Shown: one piece after another, positions 36,734 through 45,856 of the stretch
Position numbering within the stretch: position 1 is the first letter of the stretch
How the letters are laid out: each line of letters opens with the position of its first letter
Assembly (NCBI GenBank): GCA_017549765.1
Contig: JAFYNM010000029.1
Span: 21,024-85,023, forward strand
Direction of reading: 5' to 3'
Length of the DNA stretch: 64,000 nucleotides
Source of the DNA: Bacteroidales bacterium
Lineage (GTDB): Bacteria; Bacteroidota; Bacteroidia; Bacteroidales; WCHB1-69
The notes under the pieces: generated by a model
The model's input: the letters and a program-made list of their open reading frames with translations, nothing else
Databases searched by the model: none
What the model was told of the DNA's origin: nothing
Program-made: the position numbers and the translations under genes

Positions 36734-37966
36734 ATGAGAACCGACAAGTTATTCAATGGAAAAACATTAGCAATCCTTTCCGGCGGCGGTGACACCCCTG
36801 CCATCAACTCCAGTATTGAAAGCGTACGCAACCGTGCCTCCATGCTGGGCTTCCGCGTCTATGGCGTGCTCAAGGGCTGGAAGGGCCTGCTGGGTGATGG
36901 TGACATCGTGGATCTGACCAATATTCCTTATAATGGACTTTACGGCGGCACCGCGCTGCTCTCTTCCCGAACCAATCCATTTCCAAGCAAGAAGAGCCCC
37001 GAAGACCGCTCGCAACAGATCCTCCGCAATATCGAACGCTATAAAATCGATGTGCTGGTGACCATCGGCGGTGATGACACCAACGGCGCTGCCAAGAAGA
37101 TGTACGAGAAATACGGCATCCCCGTCATCGGTTTTCCTAAGACTATCGACAATGATTTGCGCACCCGCACGTATCATCATTACAATGGCCAGCAGCATGA
37201 GACGGTGTTGTGTCCCGGTTTCCCTTCTGGTGCCATGGCCGTAAAGAAATTGACGAGCAAGCTGCATACCACCAACGAGTCGCATCAGCGCATCATGGTG
37301 CTTGAGGTGATGGGCCGTGATGCAGGTTGGCTGACGGGCTCTGCCACTTTCGGCGGTGCCCAGATGGCTCTCGTGCCTGAAGTTGAGATGACCAAAGAAC
37401 GCAAGGAGTTCTTCTTTGAATCCGTGAAGGAGATGTACATGCGCTCCCCGAAACACAGCTTGATCATCGCTGTCTCCGAAGGCGTGCGCTGGTGGGACGA
37501 TGAGAAACAGGAACTCGGCATGGTCTATGCCAGCTCCGACCTCGACGAGTACGGTCACCCGCGCTTTGGCGGCGTGAGCGGCGTCATCGCTTCCGAAATC
37601 AACAAACGGCTCGGCATCGAAGCCCGCGGCCAGATCTCCGGCTACATCCCGCGTTCCGGTAAGTGCTACGAGTACGACCGCCGACTGACCTCCACGCTGG
37701 CCGACAAGGTCGTCGATCTGCTGCTCCGCGAGGATTACGGCAAGATGCCTGTGCTCCGCGACATCGTTCCTTACGATGAACTGGAAGAGTTCCATACAGA
37801 CGCCATCGAGATGGGCAACATCGGCAACTTCCCGCTGCCTGCCGCTTACTATGACGCCAACAAGTTCATGTTCACCGACCAATACACGGACTTCCTGACC
37901 AACATCATCGGCGCACCCTACCGTATGGAGTTCACACAGAAGTTCCCCATCGTGATCCCCGAATAA
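36734..37966 (+). CDS. pfp: phosphofructokinase family, predicted pyrophosphate-dependent
   Basis: 410 aa. SGGGDTPAIN, TIGGDDTNGAA, PKTIDNDL, MGRDAGW. The GGDD Asp and PKTIDND Lys are the residues that distinguish PPi-PFK from ATP-PFK (GGDG, PGTIDND). Confidence 0.75.
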   Translation: MRTDKLFNGKTLAILSGGGDTPAINSSIESVRNRASMLGFRVYGVLKGWKGLLGDGDIVDLTNIPYNGLYGGTALLSSRTNPFPSKKSPEDRSQQILRNIERYKIDVLVTIGGDDTNGAAKKMYEKYGIPVIGFPKTIDNDLRTRTYHHYNGQQHETVLCPGFPSGAMAVKKLTSKLHTTNESHQRIMVLEVMGRDAGWLTGSATFGGAQMALVPEVEMTKERKEFFFESVKEMYMRSPKHSLIIAVSEGVRWWDDEKQELGMVYASSDLDEYGHPRFGGVSGVIASEINKRLGIEARGQISGYIPRSGKCYEYDRRLTSTLADKVVDLLLREDYGKMPVLRDIVPYDELEEFHTDAIEMGNIGNFPLPAAYYDANKFMFTDQYTDFLTNIIGAPYRMEFTQKFPIVIPE

Positions 37967-37987
37967 TACCTTTATTTATATACCATC

Positions 37988-39295
37988 ATGGACGAGTTTA
38001 TCATCGAAGGTGGTCATCCTTTGAAAGGAACCATTGAGCCGCAAGGTGCCAAGAATGAGGCGCTGCAGGTGCTGTCTGCCGTCTTGTTGACGAAAGAGCC
38101 TGTTACCATCTCCAACCTGCCGGAGATCCGTGACACACAGCGCTATAAAGATATCTTGTCTCTTATCGGTGTGAAAATCACCAAATTGAAAAAAGACACG
38201 TACACCTTTCAGAGCGACAACATCGACTTGTCGGTGATGAAGACGCCTGCCTTCAGTAAGCTCTCATCGGTGATCCGCGCCTCCATTATGGTGCTCGGCC
38301 CGCTGCTGGGCCGTTTCGGAGAGGCTTATGCCGCCCGTCCCGGTGGCGATCAGATAGGCCGACGTCCCCTGACCACCCACTTTGAAGGATTCAAGATGCT
38401 GGGTGCCGAAACAAAGATCTCCGACGACGGCAACTTCTTCGAGCTGAAGGCGGACAAGTTGAAAGGTGCCTATATGCTGCTTAACGAAGCCTCTGTGACC
38501 GGTACTGCCAATATCGTGATGGCTGCCGTGTTGGCGGAAGGGACGACCACCATCTTCAATGCGGCCTGCGAGCCCTATCTGTACCAACTCTGCACGATGC
38601 TCAACAAGATGGGCGCGAAGATCAGCGGCATTGGTTCCAACTTGTTGACCATAGAGGGGGTGGAAGAACTGCACGGGTGCACTCATACTATCCTTCCCGA
38701 CATGATCGAGGTGGGCAGCTTTATCGGTATGGCCGCCCTGACACAGTCGGAGCTGACTATCAAGCACTGCGCCTGCGATCATCTGGGTATCATTCCGTAC
38801 ACCTTCCGGAAACTCGGTATCAACTTTGAACAAAAAGATGATGACATCATCGTACATGGCCAGGAGCCTTATACGGTAGAGACCAATATGGACGGCTCCA
38901 TCCTGACCATTGCCGATGCGCCGTGGCCGGGCTTCACCCCGGACCTGATCAGTATCGCTCTGGTGACGGCCATTCAGGCCAATGGCAGCGTCCTGATCCA
39001 TCAGAAGATGTTTGAGAGCCGACTCTTTTTTGTCGATAAACTGCAAGCGATGGGCGCGCAGATCACCCTCTGCGACCCACATAGGGCTATTGTCATAGGC
39101 CTGAACCGGAGCAAGCAGCTGAGAGGAACCACGATGGCTTCCCCGGATATTCGTGCAGGCGTCTCCCTGCTCATCGCAGCCCTCTCCGCAAGAGGCGAGA
39201 GCGTGATCCAGAATGTGGACCAGATAGATAGAGGCTATCAGTTTATCGTGGAACGTCTGCAGTCCCTCGGTGCCAAGATAGAACGCAGAAAATAA
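37988..39295 (+). CDS. murA: UDP-N-acetylglucosamine 1-carboxyvinyltransferase
   Basis: 435 aa, collinear with the MurA family. The active-site loop reads RPGGDQIGRRP (Asp in place of the fosfomycin-target Cys). Confidence 0.93.
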   Translation: MDEFIIEGGHPLKGTIEPQGAKNEALQVLSAVLLTKEPVTISNLPEIRDTQRYKDILSLIGVKITKLKKDTYTFQSDNIDLSVMKTPAFSKLSSVIRASIMVLGPLLGRFGEAYAARPGGDQIGRRPLTTHFEGFKMLGAETKISDDGNFFELKADKLKGAYMLLNEASVTGTANIVMAAVLAEGTTTIFNAACEPYLYQLCTMLNKMGAKISGIGSNLLTIEGVEELHGCTHTILPDMIEVGSFIGMAALTQSELTIKHCACDHLGIIPYTFRKLGINFEQKDDDIIVHGQEPYTVETNMDGSILTIADAPWPGFTPDLISIALVTAIQANGSVLIHQKMFESRLFFVDKLQAMGAQITLCDPHRAIVIGLNRSKQLRGTTMASPDIRAGVSLLIAALSARGESVIQNVDQIDRGYQFIVERLQSLGAKIERRK

Positions 39296-39308
39296 TCACC
39301 CAAACAGT

Positions 39309-40091
39309 ATGATGAAAATCACCGGCATCATTACGACCCTTAACGAGGAAACCCACATCGAGGAGTGTATCCGCTCGTTGCAACAGGTGTGCAACGAGGT
39401 GGTCGTGACCGACTCGTTCAGTCAGGATCGTACGGTGGACCTTGCCCGACAGATGGGGGCTAGGGTCTATCAGCATGAGTATGTCGGCGACGGTCCGCAG
39501 AAGAACCTGGCCTTGCCGTATGCCACAAACGATTGGGTCATTAGCCTCGATGCCGACGAACGTCTGTCTGACGAACTGGTGGCGATGATTCAAAAGACCG
39601 ATTGGGATAAGGCTCCCTTCGATGGCATCGCTGTGCGTCGTCGCAATTTCATCGGAAAGCGATGGGTCAAATGCTGCGGTTGGTATCCTGATTATTTGGT
39701 CAGAATCTTTAGGAAAAACAAGCTGCAGTTTGTGGAGCAGAAGCAACACGCCTTTGTCCCGAAGTCCAATGTCGTCTTTTGGAAGGCCGATATCATACAT
39801 TATAGATATAAGAGCTACGACGAGCTCTTCTCCAAACGCAACTACAGCACGCGTGGCGCCAAGATTTTCTTCCTGCAAGGCAAGAAGGCGCACGCATGGA
39901 CGCCTTTTCTGCATGGATTCTCTGCCTTTGTGGTCAACTATTTCTTCCATGGGGGGCTCTTCGCCGGGGTGGACGGCTATGTCCTGTCCAAAGCTATTGC
40001 CCACAACAGCTTCTTGAAATATGCCAAGCTGTTGGAGTATTGGCGCGATGCTTCTGTGCGCGACAACGAGGACTGGTCCTCTGTCTGGTAG
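39309..40091 (+). CDS. glycosyltransferase family 2 protein
   Basis: 260 aa. ITTLNEE..., SLDADE (DxD-like) GT-A fold signatures. Confidence 0.8.
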   Translation: MMKITGIITTLNEETHIEECIRSLQQVCNEVVVTDSFSQDRTVDLARQMGARVYQHEYVGDGPQKNLALPYATNDWVISLDADERLSDELVAMIQKTDWDKAPFDGIAVRRRNFIGKRWVKCCGWYPDYLVRIFRKNKLQFVEQKQHAFVPKSNVVFWKADIIHYRYKSYDELFSKRNYSTRGAKIFFLQGKKAHAWTPFLHGFSAFVVNYFFHGGLFAGVDGYVLSKAIAHNSFLKYAKLLEYWRDASVRDNEDWSSVW

Positions 40092-40143
40092 TCGTCCACT
40101 TTTTACAAATTATTTCCAAAACTCGCGAAATTTTGTTACAAAT

Positions 40144-40161
40144 TTAACAGTTAACTGTTAA
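40144..40161. other. perfect 18-bp palindrome TTAACAGTTAACTGTTAA
   Basis: Self-complementary over all 18 nt. It lies 53 nt after the GT2 stop, at the border of the low-GC islet. Confidence 0.8.
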
Positions 40162-40244
40162 GTATTTTTGGTGTTTGTTTTATCTTATTGATTTTCAATG
40201 AGATAATTTTTACAAAAATACTTGACAAACGCTTTTTGTGACAT

Positions 40245-40252
40245 TATTTTTG
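40245..40252 (+). promoter_or_regulatory. -7 promoter box TATTTTTG for the low-GC islet (leader of about 200 nt)
   Basis: Exact TAnnTTTG, 213 nt upstream of the ATG at 40465. Confidence 0.4.
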
Positions 40253-40464
40253 CGTCATGGAAAACATTGACAGGGGTGGCCTCCCAACGATGTGAAGATA
40301 TGGATATGTTAATAATGTTGCAAGATGGCCAAGTAAGATAGATACATTCAAATAAGGATTCGGTAGATGAGATGTTTGACGGAAAAGGAGGACGGGTCCG
40401 CATCCCCGAAAAAAGAGGAACCGCCATAGACAAAATAATAATGAACCTTAAAAACAATTGAACT

Positions 40465-40956
40465 ATGAAAAGACTTTTAATATTTGTTTCTTTGATTTCC
40501 ATGGTTTTGGGAATGACGGCTAGAGAATATCCTGATGTGATTGTGAGAAAGCACAATGGTGGATTTTGGGCGATTTTCAATTTGTATAATGATATCGTAT
40601 ATACGCCGGCAGATGGTGAAGGTGGCTTGGCGGAGCTTGACTGTTCCGGAAACGGTTTCAGCTTCTGCCGTGTCCCGATGTTAGCCACGGGAGGTTCCGG
40701 TAGAGAGGATCCGGCCGAGACGCAGGCGATTACCAACGCCATCAATGAACTGATTGAATACAGTGAGACCCGGACACCTTCCGAGACCCGCTTAGCCAAC
40801 AATGTGCATTCCGTCACGGTCGCCATTCCCGCCTCTGGAAATCGAGGCCCGCGCTATTTGCAGCTTAGAGCTGTGTGGAGCTATGAGACCAACGGTGATT
40901 GCGAAATGAAAATCACAATCCAAGATGTGACCAACATTTATGGCAGAACCAGGTAA
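40465..40956 (+). CDS. hypothetical secreted protein
   Basis: 163 aa. Signal MKRLLIFVSLISMVLGMTA. No family recognised. Lower GC than neighbouring genes. Confidence 0.6.
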   Translation: MKRLLIFVSLISMVLGMTAREYPDVIVRKHNGGFWAIFNLYNDIVYTPADGEGGLAELDCSGNGFSFCRVPMLATGGSGREDPAETQAITNAINELIEYSETRTPSETRLANNVHSVTVAIPASGNRGPRYLQLRAVWSYETNGDCEMKITIQDVTNIYGRTR

Positions 40957-41013
40957 CAGAATATGCGTGTTTTTGTATTGGTTTTTTGATGATAACCGTT
41001 AAGACAAAGTGAC

Positions 41014-42645
41014 ATGAAAAGGTGCCGTGTGTTTTGGGTCGTGATCGTCTGTTGGATGACATTGCCTTTGTCGGCCCAATCTTGGATGGGTCAACTGTTT
41101 ACCACCGATACGTTGATCAGGGTGGAGAATTTGGAAGATGTAACTCATTTGATTTGCAATGTTAGCAATGGAATCTTTTATTATGTTGAAGCAAAAGCTT
41201 TTAAAGAATCTGATCAAGAATATGCGGCCACCTTTTTCTCTGTGGATCTGGGGCGATATGCCTCTTCAAAGGTTGTGCTGACCATTCCAAGTCGTTATGT
41301 TAACTCCAAGGTCCGCATGGGAGCTCCCTGGATATACGATTTCCAGTTTTTAGATAACTCGTGTGTGGTCTCGATCCAGAATAAGCTGTGCTTGTATTCT
41401 TGGCAGGAACAGCAATATAAGCTCGATACGATGTATGATTGCGAGAATGCCAAAATGTGTTATCTGTATCAGGGTGATGTTTATTACATGGAAGAGGACC
41501 ACGACTTTGGATATCGTTGGTACAGGCTCTGTCGTGGGTGCCGGAAGCTTGTCCGCACGTTGGAATACGAGGCTCCTCATGTGGTGCAGGCGAGTCCCAA
41601 CCGTTATCTTTTCCGCGACGACCACTATGTTTACTTCCTCAGCAACAGATTTCCCCACTTATACCGTTTCACGCTTGATGGAGAACCTGTGGATACTATT
41701 ACCTTCGCGTTGCCCTCCTGGCATCCTTTTGAAGATGAATACGTGAAAACCACACTCCAGGTTCCTTACGGCATTGACCGTATCAAGTCCACTATGCAGG
41801 ATATTTACAGTTACTCCTATCCGAAGATGGTGTTTCCTGTAGGTGGAGACTATCTGTTATACTACACTCAGTACGATACGATGACGCATAAGTCCAAGTT
41901 GCAGTTCGCCCTCCGAACAGATGGTGGCCGAATGACCCTGTATGATCGAAAGCCTGCTGCTGTCATGACCTACCAGGACACAGTGCCGCCTTTCACATTG
42001 TTGGAACGAGGGGTCAACAAGGCTAGTCTCTCTTGGAACGACAAACTGCTGGAGATTGTCTGGGCCGACACGGTCTCGTCAGCAGGCTTGACAGATTCCG
42101 CCTACCGGCAGGAGAGGGAGTTGTTCTATAGGACCTCAAGCCCCGCTCTTGCGGTGAAGGTGAGCACGTACAAGAAAGCACATGATAGAACTGCTTCAGT
42201 GTTCTACAACGACCATGGAAATCTGCAGGCATTGTCGAATCTCCCCTTGGGCAAGCATGTCATCTTGCTGAACGAGGCTTTGGAATGTTCTGGCTGCAGA
42301 AAGGCGATCCTTTCGTGGCTCGACAACTTGAAAGGCGAGGTGCCGTCAATCGTTATCGCGTACTCCTATTTGCCGGGAGCTCTGACCATTTATGAATGGC
42401 GTGAGGATGTTAGGAAATATCTGAAAGCACCCTTCTTCATGCTGTGCTTGGATAGAGAAAGATGTGATCACTACCCCTGTTGTGCCGTGCAGCCCCATCA
42501 GTCTTTCCCTGGCATCCTGCTCTATGAAAGTGGGCAGACTCCCGTTTTTATTCCCTTGGAGGATATTTTCACCGATGATGTGTACACTTATCAATTTCGG
42601 GATTCCTTTGTGGACAGGGTGATGCAATTTTTGAAACATCGATAG
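41014..42645 (+). CDS. hypothetical secreted protein with a C-terminal thioredoxin-like CSGC region
   Basis: 543 aa. Signal ..MTLPLSAQ. Beta-rich body. CSGC at 42286-42297, followed by FPGILLYESG (cis-Pro-like). The domain call is inference. Confidence 0.6.
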   Translation: MKRCRVFWVVIVCWMTLPLSAQSWMGQLFTTDTLIRVENLEDVTHLICNVSNGIFYYVEAKAFKESDQEYAATFFSVDLGRYASSKVVLTIPSRYVNSKVRMGAPWIYDFQFLDNSCVVSIQNKLCLYSWQEQQYKLDTMYDCENAKMCYLYQGDVYYMEEDHDFGYRWYRLCRGCRKLVRTLEYEAPHVVQASPNRYLFRDDHYVYFLSNRFPHLYRFTLDGEPVDTITFALPSWHPFEDEYVKTTLQVPYGIDRIKSTMQDIYSYSYPKMVFPVGGDYLLYYTQYDTMTHKSKLQFALRTDGGRMTLYDRKPAAVMTYQDTVPPFTLLERGVNKASLSWNDKLLEIVWADTVSSAGLTDSAYRQERELFYRTSSPALAVKVSTYKKAHDRTASVFYNDHGNLQALSNLPLGKHVILLNEALECSGCRKAILSWLDNLKGEVPSIVIAYSYLPGALTIYEWREDVRKYLKAPFFMLCLDRERCDHYPCCAVQPHQSFPGILLYESGQTPVFIPLEDIFTDDVYTYQFRDSFVDRVMQFLKHR

Positions 42646-42667
42646 CATGTAGTTACGACAAAAAATG

Positions 42668-42675
42668 TACTTTTG
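42668..42675 (+). promoter_or_regulatory. -7 promoter box TACTTTTG (DUF58-radC)
   Basis: Exact TAnnTTTG, 19 nt before the ATG at 42694. Confidence 0.55.
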
Positions 42676-42693
42676 CACACTTAATCCAAAGCT

Positions 42694-43629
42694 ATGTCAT
42701 ATTCCATCGATTTAACGAAGATCACACAGTTCGACAATGTCGAGTTTGTCGCCAAACAGGTGGTGGAGGGCTTCATCACGGGCATGCACCGCAGCCCGAT
42801 GCATGGCTTCTCCGTGGAATTTGCCGAACATCGCCCCTACAATACCGGCGAACCGATCCGTCATATCGACTGGAAACTCTACGCACGCACAGACAAACTG
42901 TTCGTCAAGACGTACGAGGAGGAGACAAACCTGCGCTGTCATCTGATCATCGACAATTCATCTTCGATGTATTTTCCCGTCCGGGAGAAGTATTCCTTGG
43001 CAGAACCTAACAAAATCTTCTTCGCCGTGTATGCTGCCGCTATCCTGATGCAGATTTTCAAGAGCCAGCGGGATGCAGTGGGGCTGAGTGTCTTCTCCGA
43101 CAAGCTGGAGCTACAGACACAGGCGAGAGGCGGTGACGCCCATTTCAAGATGATCTATCGGGAGTTGGAAAAGATCCTGCAACCCATCGGGACTGAGGTG
43201 CATCGTACCTCAATGGTTACGGACACACTCCATCAGATAGCCGAGCAGATTCATCGGCGTTCGTTGGTTGTGATTTTCAGCGATATGTTTGAGAGTAAGA
43301 AAGACCTGGACGAGCTGATGCTAGCGTTGGGGCATCTACGCCACAACAAACACGAGGTGCTTCTATTCCACACCTATGATCGCTCTCTGGAGTACGACTT
43401 TGCTTTTGAAAACCGTCTCTACCGTTTTGTCGATATGGAAACTGGCCAAGAGGTGAAGGTCCACGCCAACAATATCCGGGAGTATTATCAGCGGACCATC
43501 CGTGATTTCTTCCATGAGATCAAGGTGCAATGCGGTAACTACCAGATAGACATGATTCCGGCGGACATCACCCAGGGTTTCGACCAGATCTTGCTTCCGT
43601 ATCTGCTGAAACGTGAGCACATGCTGTAG
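42694..43629 (+). CDS. DUF58 domain protein (vWA-like)
   Basis: 311 aa. HRSPMHGFSVEFAEHRPYNTGEPIRHIDWK is the DUF58 signature. Confidence 0.85.
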   Translation: MSYSIDLTKITQFDNVEFVAKQVVEGFITGMHRSPMHGFSVEFAEHRPYNTGEPIRHIDWKLYARTDKLFVKTYEEETNLRCHLIIDNSSSMYFPVREKYSLAEPNKIFFAVYAAAILMQIFKSQRDAVGLSVFSDKLELQTQARGGDAHFKMIYRELEKILQPIGTEVHRTSMVTDTLHQIAEQIHRRSLVVIFSDMFESKKDLDELMLALGHLRHNKHEVLLFHTYDRSLEYDFAFENRLYRFVDMETGQEVKVHANNIREYYQRTIRDFFHEIKVQCGNYQIDMIPADITQGFDQILLPYLLKREHML

Positions 43630-44337
43630 ATGGCTGCCACTCATAAAGTGTATGAAAAAATCTCCTTGGCGGACTGGAGCGACCAGGACAAGCCGAGGGA
43701 GAAGTTTGCGCAACAAGGCCCTTCTGTCCTCTCGGATGCGGAACTGATCGCTATATTACTTCGGACAGGCACGGATACGGAGAATGCTGTGGAGCTGTCC
43801 AAGCGAATCCTCTCAAACTATGGCAATTCCCTGAATGCACTGTCGGAAGCGACTTTGCATGACCTGCTCAAGACTCGAGGCATCGGCCAGGTCAAAGCGG
43901 TGACCTTGCTGGCGGCCTTCGAGCTGGGACGCCGCATCCGGGCAGAGGTGGTGGAGCAGGGGAGGGTGGTCAAGAGTTCCGCCGACATTGTGGAGCTGAT
44001 ACAGCCGAGGATTGCCCGCCTGAAACATGAGGAGTTCTGGGCTGTCTTTTTGAATCAGGCTGCCAGAATCTTGAAGATAGCCCAAATCAGCAAAGGCGGA
44101 CTGACAAACACGACGGTGGATGTGCGGATGATTCTACAGGAGGCCCTCATGCAAAAGGCCACCGGCATCATCCTGTGCCATAACCATCCGTCAGGGTCTG
44201 TCCGTCCCAGCCTGGACGACAAAAACCTCACTCGACAAATAGTGGAGGCGGCAAAGGTGTTGAATATAAAAGTGATAGACCATGTTGTCGTGAGCGGAGA
44301 CAGCTACTATAGCTTCGCGGATGAGGGATTTTTTTAG
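43630..44337 (+). CDS. radC: RadC-family JAB/MPN domain protein
   Basis: 235 aa. HhH N-terminus (GIGQVKA) and JAMM motif HNHPSGSVRPSLDD. The ATG directly abuts the DUF58 stop. Confidence 0.88.
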   Translation: MAATHKVYEKISLADWSDQDKPREKFAQQGPSVLSDAELIAILLRTGTDTENAVELSKRILSNYGNSLNALSEATLHDLLKTRGIGQVKAVTLLAAFELGRRIRAEVVEQGRVVKSSADIVELIQPRIARLKHEEFWAVFLNQAARILKIAQISKGGLTNTTVDVRMILQEALMQKATGIILCHNHPSGSVRPSLDDKNLTRQIVEAAKVLNIKVIDHVVVSGDSYYSFADEGFF

Positions 44338-44393
44338 GCACTGTGTATCCAAGCAATCAGGATAAGCATTTGGGATGATGTCGATATAATTGT

Positions 44394-44401
44394 TATCTTT
44401 G
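44394..44401 (+). promoter_or_regulatory. -7 promoter box TATCTTTG (rfbA)
   Basis: Exact TAnnTTTG, 21 nt before the ATG at 44422. Confidence 0.55.
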
Positions 44402-44421
44402 CAGCCCAAAATCGAAAGAAT

Positions 44422-45282
44422 ATGAAAGGAATCGTATTGGCCGGTGGCGCCGGCACCCGTCTTCACCCCATCACCCTTGCCATGAGCAAGCAGCTGATGC
44501 CCATCTATGACAAACCCATGATCTATTACCCCATCTCCACCTTGATGCAAGCGGACATCCGGGAGATCCTCATCATATCCACCCCACAGGACCTGCCCAA
44601 CTTCGAGCATCTACTGGGTGATGGCTCCCGCATAGGATGCCATTTTGAGTACAAAGTGCAAGAGGTGCCCAATGGCCTTGCCCAGGCTTTCGTCCTTGGT
44701 GAGCAGTTCATCGGCAACGACAAGGCAGCCCTCGTCTTGGGTGACAACATCTTCTATGGCGGCGGCATCGAGGAGCACTTGATGGAGAACAAAGACCCCG
44801 AGGGCGGTGTGATTTTCGCCTACCATGTGTCCGACCCAGAACGCTATGGCGTGGTGGAGTTCGACTCCAAGATGAACGCCATCTCCATCGAGGAGAAGCC
44901 CAAGGTGCCCAAGTCCAACTACGCGGTTCCCGGTCTCTACTTCTACGACAACAGCGTCATCGAAGTGGCCAAGAACATCAAGCCTAGCGCGCGTGGCGAG
45001 TACGAGATCACGGACGTGAACAAGTACTACCTCAACGAGGGCAAACTGAAGGTCTGCAAACTTGACCGCGGCACGGCCTGGCTCGACACCGGCACCTTTA
45101 ACTCCTTGATCGAGGCCACGCAGTTCGTGCAGGTCATCGAGGCACGCCAGGGACTGAAGGTCGGCTGCATCGAAGAGGTGGCCTACCGCCACGGCTTCAT
45201 TGACGCCGAACAGCTGGAGAGAATTGCCCAACCCCTGCTCAAGAGCGGTTACGGCGGCTATTTGATGGGACTTCTGAAATAG
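44422..45282 (+). CDS. rfbA: glucose-1-phosphate thymidylyltransferase
   Basis: 286 aa. [11 protein letters not shown] and the rest collinear with RmlA. Confidence 0.93.
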   Translation: MKGIVLAGGAGTRLHPITLAMSKQLMPIYDKPMIYYPISTLMQADIREILIISTPQDLPNFEHLLGDGSRIGCHFEYKVQEVPNGLAQAFVLGEQFIGNDKAALVLGDNIFYGGGIEEHLMENKDPEGGVIFAYHVSDPERYGVVEFDSKMNAISIEEKPKVPKSNYAVPGLYFYDNSVIEVAKNIKPSARGEYEITDVNKYYLNEGKLKVCKLDRGTAWLDTGTFNSLIEATQFVQVIEARQGLKVGCIEEVAYRHGFIDAEQLERIAQPLLKSGYGGYLMGLLK

Positions 45283-45330
45283 TATCTCACGCGACTATCC
45301 CTATTGTCGAATGCTCAAAAGACGCAAGAG

Positions 45331-45831
45331 ATGAAACAAATGAGAGAGATATTAGGTTATGCCATTGGCTTCGTGCTGTTTGTGGTGCTGATCCCGGTCA
45401 TCATGTGGCTTTGCTCCAAGATGCCAACTTTCAGCTGGCCGCATCCCTTTCTGGTAGGCATCGCCATTATCTGCATTATTGACGGCCTGACCATGAGCAT
45501 CTGGGCCATCGTCTATATGCGCCGTGTGGGTGACGGCAACCCGATGGACGCCTTCGGGCACGAGGTCGCCCCGCGCACCAAGCACCTGATGACGGACGGT
45601 CCCTACCGCCTCAGCCGCAACCCCATGCTGACGGGCATATTTGTCTATTTGATAGGTTGTTGCATTTTGCTTGGAACCTGGCAGTCGCTGGTGGTCTTCC
45701 TCATCTTTGTGGCCATTATGCTTGTGCAAGTCCGTACCGAAGAGGAACGTCTACGCCACGACTTCGGCGAGGAGTACGAGAAGTATTGCAAGAAGGTGGG
45801 GAGGTTTTTGCCGTTCAATATTAATTCATAG
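45331..45831 (+). CDS. isoprenylcysteine carboxyl methyltransferase (ICMT/PEMT) family membrane protein
   Basis: Multi-TM. RLSRNPMLTG ... EEERLRHDFGEEYEKY signature. An upstream TTG start at 45304 is possible. Confidence 0.75.
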   Translation: MKQMREILGYAIGFVLFVVLIPVIMWLCSKMPTFSWPHPFLVGIAIICIIDGLTMSIWAIVYMRRVGDGNPMDAFGHEVAPRTKHLMTDGPYRLSRNPMLTGIFVYLIGCCILLGTWQSLVVFLIFVAIMLVQVRTEEERLRHDFGEEYEKYCKKVGRFLPFNINS

Positions 45832-45856
45832 AAAGAGTGGTTCCTGATTGGAGAAA

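Noticed and set aside
40257-40295. 12-codon ORF (MENIDRGGLPTM) just after the islet promoter box, considered as a leader peptide
   Set aside because: It is too short, with no regulatory codon pattern and no evidence beyond an ATG and a stop.
40185-40826. 213-aa minus-strand ORF overlapping the start of the low-GC islet
   Set aside because: It has no signal, motif or promoter. It overlaps the plus-strand gene, which has a clean signal peptide, and much of it translates AT-rich intergenic sequence.
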